Of a stretch of 12,280 nucleotides of DNA, positions 8,283-12,280 are shown piece after piece. The number at the start of each line of letters is the position of its first letter. The first letter of the stretch is position 1. A program made the position numbers and the translations under genes. Source of the DNA: Candidatus Fraserbacteria bacterium (GTDB lineage Bacteria > Bipolaricaulota > Bipolaricaulia > RBG-16-55-9); assembly GCA_037443265.1 (NCBI GenBank), contig JBBIOR010000015.1, forward strand, positions 1 to 12,280, given 5' to 3'. A model generated the notes under the pieces. That model was given only the letters and a program-made list of their open reading frames with translations. It did no database searches and was not told where the DNA came from.

Positions 8283-8300
8283 CCGTAAGCTTGCTTACAG
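8283..8300. promoter_or_regulatory. Palindromic Crp/Fnr-type operator CCGTAAGCTTGCTTACAG (GTA-N8-TAC)
   Basis: Inverted repeat GTAAGC-TT-GCTTAC in the divergent intergenic region; 15/18 identical to 11474-11491. Confidence 0.75.
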
Positions 8301-8321
8301 TCCCCAAGAATCTTTCAGCCA

Positions 8322-8327
8322 TATAAT
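8322..8327 (+). promoter_or_regulatory. -10 box TATAAT for the ccdA operon
   Basis: Perfect TATAAT 23 nt after the TAC of the operator and 30 nt before the ccdA ATG. Confidence 0.65.
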
Positions 8328-8357
8328 AATTTTGAAGGTCTGTGGGGTGATACGGGA

Positions 8358-9083
8358 ATGGAAGCGCCAGGGTTGCTCGTCTCTTTCATGGCGGGAATCG
8401 TGCTCTTTGTCTCCCCGTGTGTGGCTCCGCTCATTCCGGCCTATCTGGCCAGCCTGGCCGGGGTCAACCTGAGGCAGCTGCCCAGAGAAAGCGCGGATCG
8501 GCGTGCTCTACAGGGCCGCGTCTTTCAGAACGCCTTGGCTTTCGTTATGGGCTTTTCTATCGTCTTCATCCTCATGGGGACGTTCATCGGCACGCTCAGC
8601 GGGCTGGTGCCCAGCTTCCAGAGCTGGCTGAATCGCATCGGCGGGGCACTGATCCTCATCTTGTCGCTCCACATGCTGGGCCTGATCGAGATCCCCTTGT
8701 GGAGGCGTGGGATTTCGCTGACGCCCCAGGTAGGAGGTGGCATCCCCAGGGGCCTTCTACGTTCGGCCGCTATGGGGCTGGCCTTCGGAGTGAGCTTTTC
8801 GCCCTGCACCGGGCCCGCACTGGGAGCCATCTTAGCTTATACGGCCACCGAAGGCTCGACGCTTAAGGGGGCGATGCTCATGACGTCATTCTCGGCCGGG
8901 CTGGCCGTGCCTTTCCTCCTGACAGGCCTCTTCACCCTCGGGGTTGCCCGATGGCTAAACTCGGCTCCCCGCCTGCTTGAGGGGCTTCAGCTGGCCGGAG
9001 GAGTCCTGCTGCTGGCCTTGGGCGTCCTCGTCTTTACGGGAAGACTTCCCAGCTTGATCGGCTTCTGGTACGGCACATTTTGA
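8358..9083 (+). CDS. ccdA: CcdA (DsbD transmembrane domain) thiol-disulfide electron transporter
   Basis: 241 aa, about 6 TM segments, with the two conserved Pro-Cys motifs FVSPCVAPLIPAY and FSPCTGPALG. Confidence 0.93.
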   Translation: MEAPGLLVSFMAGIVLFVSPCVAPLIPAYLASLAGVNLRQLPRESADRRALQGRVFQNALAFVMGFSIVFILMGTFIGTLSGLVPSFQSWLNRIGGALILILSLHMLGLIEIPLWRRGISLTPQVGGGIPRGLLRSAAMGLAFGVSFSPCTGPALGAILAYTATEGSTLKGAMLMTSFSAGLAVPFLLTGLFTLGVARWLNSAPRLLEGLQLAGGVLLLALGVLVFTGRLPSLIGFWYGTF

Positions 9084-10867
9084 GCCTATGGCAAGGAAGG
9101 AGGCGGAGGAGCGTGAAGCGAAGGGTTCTACTGAGCGTGGTCATTCTAGGGCTCATAGGGGCGATCTTCTATCTGGATGCGTCGTTGCGGCCGGCCTGGC
9201 TTAAGAGCCTTCTCCAGCTGGGGGCACCTCAGCCGCTGGGGCTTTTGGAGACAAGAGCTCTGGCCGTCGGAGAGCCGGCACCGGAGTTTGCCCTCCAGGA
9301 CTTGACCGGCCGCCTCGTAAGACTCTCAGACTTTCGCGGCCAGAAACTCCTGCTGAACTTCTGGGCGACCTGGTGCCCGCCGTGTCGAGAAGAGATGCCG
9401 GATTTTGAGAGAATCTATCAGAAGCATCGCGATCAACTGGTCGTCCTGGGAGTCAATATGCAAGAGCCTGCACCAGCCGTCTTGAGATTCCTCCGTGAGG
9501 AGGTCCAGGTCACCTATCCCGTTGTGCTCGATAGCGATGGCTCCGTCACCCGCGGCTACAACGTGAGAAGCTATCCTACGACGTATTTTATCGATGAGCA
9601 AGGACGCTTGGCGGCCAGCGGCGGCCTGCTTGGGAAATTCGGCGCCTTCACCCCGGAAGAGCTCGAGCACCGCCTGGAAGAGTTCCTCAAGCCCTCGTCC
9701 CAGAGAGGGACTTCTCAGTCGCAAAGCCCACCGGCCCTCAAGAGGGGCCATCTGGGGAGCAAATACTTCTCCCAGGGCGAACTCGACCGCATCGGCCTCT
9801 CCCATATCGATCCCGCCCAGATCCCCTATCGGGCCGCGCTCGAGCTCGATTTATTGGTCGTCGGCTGCCCCTTTGTCGATTGCATCCTGTCGATCGACGG
9901 CCCCTCCTTTGAAACCCCATCCCAGGCGGCCTCCTGGCTCAAGGACGATGATCTCGTCATGGGAGTCTTCCTCGAAGGGATTGCGAAAGCCTATCCGTTC
10001 AAGATCTTGAATTGGCATGAGATCGTCAACGACACCTTCGGGCCATTACCAGTAGCCATTACTTTCTGTCCGCTCTGTCGTTCCGGTCTGGTCTTCAAGC
10101 GCCCCATTTTAGAGGGAAAGCTTGCGGAATTTGGGGTCTCAGGCAGACTTTACAGATCGGATCTGGTGATGTATGATCGAGTGACAGGCTCCTTCTGGTC
10201 ACAGATTGAGTCTGCCCCGATTGTGGGGCCTCTGGCAGGCGAGCCCTTGCGGCTCGAGCGGCTGGCTGTGGAGATCCTGCCCTGGAAGACGTGGCGGGAT
10301 CTTCATCCCCAGACCCTCGTGTTAGCTCGGCCCACAGTGGCCACCCCTCTGGGAGGCCGTCCGCCGTATAATCCCCAGGGCACGGCGTTCCTGCAGGACT
10401 ACGAGCAAGATCCGTATGAGTACCAGCTGGAGGCCTTGGTGAACTACTTTGCCGGCCCACTGCTCTCCGACAAGCGCCTGAACTCGTTCGCCATGGTCAT
10501 AGGCCTTGAGGTCAACGGAAGAGCTAAGGCCTATCTGCCCGAGGCTATCGAGCAGGCCGGGCTTTTGAACGATCAAGTGGGCGATGAGCCCGTGCTCGTC
10601 CTTTGGAATCCCACTCTGCAGACGGTCGAGTTCTTCAGCCGTAGAGTGGCTGAGCTTAGCCAGCCCCTGGAGTTCTCTATGGCTCCTGAGGGGCTTGAGG
10701 ACCGTCAGACCGGCACCCTCTGGAACTTGGCGGGAGAGCCGCTCCGTGGCCACCTGAAAGGGCGCAAGGTGAAGCTGGAAAAGCTCGTCGGCGTGCAATC
10801 CTTCTGGTTTGCGTGGCGGGCCTTCCACCCTGACACTGAGCTCTTTCTTAAGGCACAGAGCCCCTAA
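9080..10867 (+). CDS. Membrane-anchored TlpA/ResA thioredoxin-like domain fused to a DUF3179 domain
   Basis: N-terminal TM; APEFALQDL...LNFWATWCPPCREEMP...YPTTYFID (TlpA); then AYPFKILNWHEIVND, TFCPLC, FGVSGRLYRSDLVMYDRVTGSFWSQ and FWFAWRAFHPDT (DUF3179). The start may be the GTG at 9113 after AGGAGG. Confidence 0.88.
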   Translation: MSLWQGRRRRSVKRRVLLSVVILGLIGAIFYLDASLRPAWLKSLLQLGAPQPLGLLETRALAVGEPAPEFALQDLTGRLVRLSDFRGQKLLLNFWATWCPPCREEMPDFERIYQKHRDQLVVLGVNMQEPAPAVLRFLREEVQVTYPVVLDSDGSVTRGYNVRSYPTTYFIDEQGRLAASGGLLGKFGAFTPEELEHRLEEFLKPSSQRGTSQSQSPPALKRGHLGSKYFSQGELDRIGLSHIDPAQIPYRAALELDLLVVGCPFVDCILSIDGPSFETPSQAASWLKDDDLVMGVFLEGIAKAYPFKILNWHEIVNDTFGPLPVAITFCPLCRSGLVFKRPILEGKLAEFGVSGRLYRSDLVMYDRVTGSFWSQIESAPIVGPLAGEPLRLERLAVEILPWKTWRDLHPQTLVLARPTVATPLGGRPPYNPQGTAFLQDYEQDPYEYQLEALVNYFAGPLLSDKRLNSFAMVIGLEVNGRAKAYLPEAIEQAGLLNDQVGDEPVLVLWNPTLQTVEFFSRRVAELSQPLEFSMAPEGLEDRQTGTLWNLAGEPLRGHLKGRKVKLEKLVGVQSFWFAWRAFHPDTELFLKAQSP

Positions 10868-11421
10868 TATTTGTAGCCTCGGGCTTCCTCCTCGCTGAAC
10901 TCTACGCCGAGCCCCTCCGCCACGCGGTTGACGAAGTTAAAGTAGCTCGTGATGAGATTGATGGTAAGAATCTCTTCGTCACGGAAGCCTGCCTCCCGGA
11001 GTCTTTCAACGTCTTGGCGGCTCAGCGAAGCCGGCCGCAGGGTCAGCTTGCGGCCATACTCCAGCATGGCCCGATCCGGCTCCGAAAGAGACACCCGGCG
11101 GTAGTCTTGCTGCAGTTGGGCGATGAAATCATCGTCCGCAACGTAGAAGCGCAACGCTTCGCTGTGGTGCCGCACGCAGTACGAGCAGCCGTTGAGTGCC
11201 GATACAACCGTGGCCAGAAGCTCCCGCTGGCGCCGGCTCAGACCCGATGGCCCAAACATAATAGCCCGATAGAGCTCCAGATGGCTCTTCATTGTCTCAG
11301 GCTTCAGGCTGTGGACCTTCATGATGTTCGCAATCTTCCCTCGGGCCTTCTTGATCTCTTCGTAGTACGCCTTAAGCTGGCCTTCGGCTGAAGCTTCCTC
11401 TATCACCCGAATCCAGGCCAT
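10864..11421 (-). CDS. AhpD/carboxymuconolactone-decarboxylase-family peroxidase-related enzyme
   Basis: LSRRQRELLATVVSALNGCSYCVRHH (CxxC..H) and YFNFVNRVAEGLGV; SD GAGGTGA. Its stop overlaps that of the convergent gene. Confidence 0.92.
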   Translation of the reverse strand: MAWIRVIEEASAEGQLKAYYEEIKKARGKIANIMKVHSLKPETMKSHLELYRAIMFGPSGLSRRQRELLATVVSALNGCSYCVRHHSEALRFYVADDDFIAQLQQDYRRVSLSEPDRAMLEYGRKLTLRPASLSRQDVERLREAGFRDEEILTINLITSYFNFVNRVAEGLGVEFSEEEARGYKY

Positions 11422-11447
11422 ACCAGATCACCTCATGCGCACACAAC

Positions 11448-11491
11448 AGTCTAGCCTTGCCTCTAGCGAATGACCGTAGGCACGCTTACAG
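11448..11491 (-). promoter_or_regulatory. Second Crp/Fnr-type operator CCGTAGGCACGCTTACAG (11474-11491) with a -10 box TAGACT (11453-11448) for the AhpD-like gene
   Basis: GTA-N8-TAC at 11476-11489, 22 nt from a TAN3T -10 box on the minus strand; same geometry as at 8257-8300. Confidence 0.72.
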
Positions 11492-11509
11492 AAACGGGTT
11501 GATCGTGCG

Positions 11510-12220
11510 TCAAGTCAGTTGTTTGAGACGCTCGACATCCCGGACGATGATGATTCCTCGCTGTTTGCGCAGCAGCCCTTGGCGCTCCAATTCACCTAGT
11601 GCCAGAGAGGTCGTCTCGCGTGTGGAGCCGATCAGATGGGCCAATTCCTCATGGGTGAGCTTAAGACCAATGCGCACGCCATCGGCTTCGGACTCGCCAT
11701 GCTTTTGGACCAGTTGGAGCAGTGTCCGCGCGAGGCGGGCGTTCACCCCCTTGAAAAGCAAGTCTTCGAGCTTGTTCTCGATCTCAACTAAACGCTCTCC
11801 AAGCAGCTTCGTGATCTTCAAGGCCAAACGAGGATTGTTCTGAGCCAGCCGGAGAAAGTCGCCCTTGTGGATGATACATACCACCGTGTCCTCGAGTGTC
11901 TCGGCGATCCAGCGACGTCTCTGCTCACCCGTTATGGCCGTCTCTCCGAAGAGCTCGCCCGGATTGATGATGGTCAACGTCAAGCGGCGTCCGCTCTCAT
12001 CGAGATAGGCCAAGCGCACGCGCCCATGATGGAGCGTGTAGAGCGTGTCGCTGGGATCTCCCGGGAAATAGACAGTCTCTCCGGCTCGATACGCAACGGA
12101 GCGCATGGTGCGTCGGAGTTCCTCCAGCTCTTTGGGAGTCAGCACGTCGACGAAATTGAAATTCTCCACACACCAGAAGCGACGGGCCACATCGCCTTGT
12201 AGATGGAGCTTCATCCTCAC
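11510..12220 (-). CDS. Crp/Fnr-family transcriptional regulator
   Basis: cNMP-binding-fold motifs (YFPGDPSDTLY..HGRVRL, PGELFGE), C-helix, and HTH LTHEELAHLIGSTRETTSLALGEL. Confidence 0.95.
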   Translation of the reverse strand: MRMKLHLQGDVARRFWCVENFNFVDVLTPKELEELRRTMRSVAYRAGETVYFPGDPSDTLYTLHHGRVRLAYLDESGRRLTLTIINPGELFGETAITGEQRRRWIAETLEDTVVCIIHKGDFLRLAQNNPRLALKITKLLGERLVEIENKLEDLLFKGVNARLARTLLQLVQKHGESEADGVRIGLKLTHEELAHLIGSTRETTSLALGELERQGLLRKQRGIIIVRDVERLKQLT

Positions 12221-12280
12221 CCACCCTCTTTCCTAACTAGCTACAACTACCCAGTATCGTTTGTATGGGAACCCTGTGCA

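Noticed and set aside
11499..11513. FNR-box-like TTGAT-CGTGC-GTCAA
   Set aside because: The spacer is 5 nt instead of 4, one half-site is imperfect, and it overlaps the regulator's stop codon. The GTA-N8-TAC site explains the promoter better.
3752..12202. Numerous overlapping antisense or alternate-frame ORFs (e.g. 3752..4159, 5804..6289, 7473..8099, 9326..9805, 10322..10828, 11457..11843)
   Set aside because: They are shadows of well-supported genes in GC-rich DNA and show no recognisable motifs.
1..12280. CRISPR arrays, tRNA/rRNA genes, transposases/integrases, intrinsic terminators
   Set aside because: No regularly spaced repeats, RNA-gene signatures, recombinase motifs or convincing hairpin-plus-U-tract were seen; the intergenic gaps are short.

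Overview
The window has two parts. The left part (1-~3430) looks more AT-rich by eye. It holds the 3' end of an ORF missing from the ORF track (3..254) that resembles the C-terminus of DndC/TdpC-type DNA phosphorothioation enzymes. This overlaps a HerA-type ATPase/translocase gene, followed by a NurA-type nuclease gene, a layout matching a compact TdpABC-like phosphorothioate defence system. The herA-nurA pair is bounded by an exact 10-bp direct repeat and followed by decayed toxin-antitoxin fragments. The right part is GC-rich and encodes a membrane protein, FdhD, an FdhF/YdeP molybdo-oxidoreductase, a Tat-exported cupredoxin lipoprotein, a His-rich exported protein, CcdA, a TlpA-DUF3179 fusion, an AhpD-like peroxidase and a Crp/Fnr regulator. 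Two near-identical GTA-N8-TAC operators, each 22-23 nt from a -10 box, suggest a local Crp/Fnr redox/metal regulon. All family calls rest on motif recognition by eye; no searches were run.
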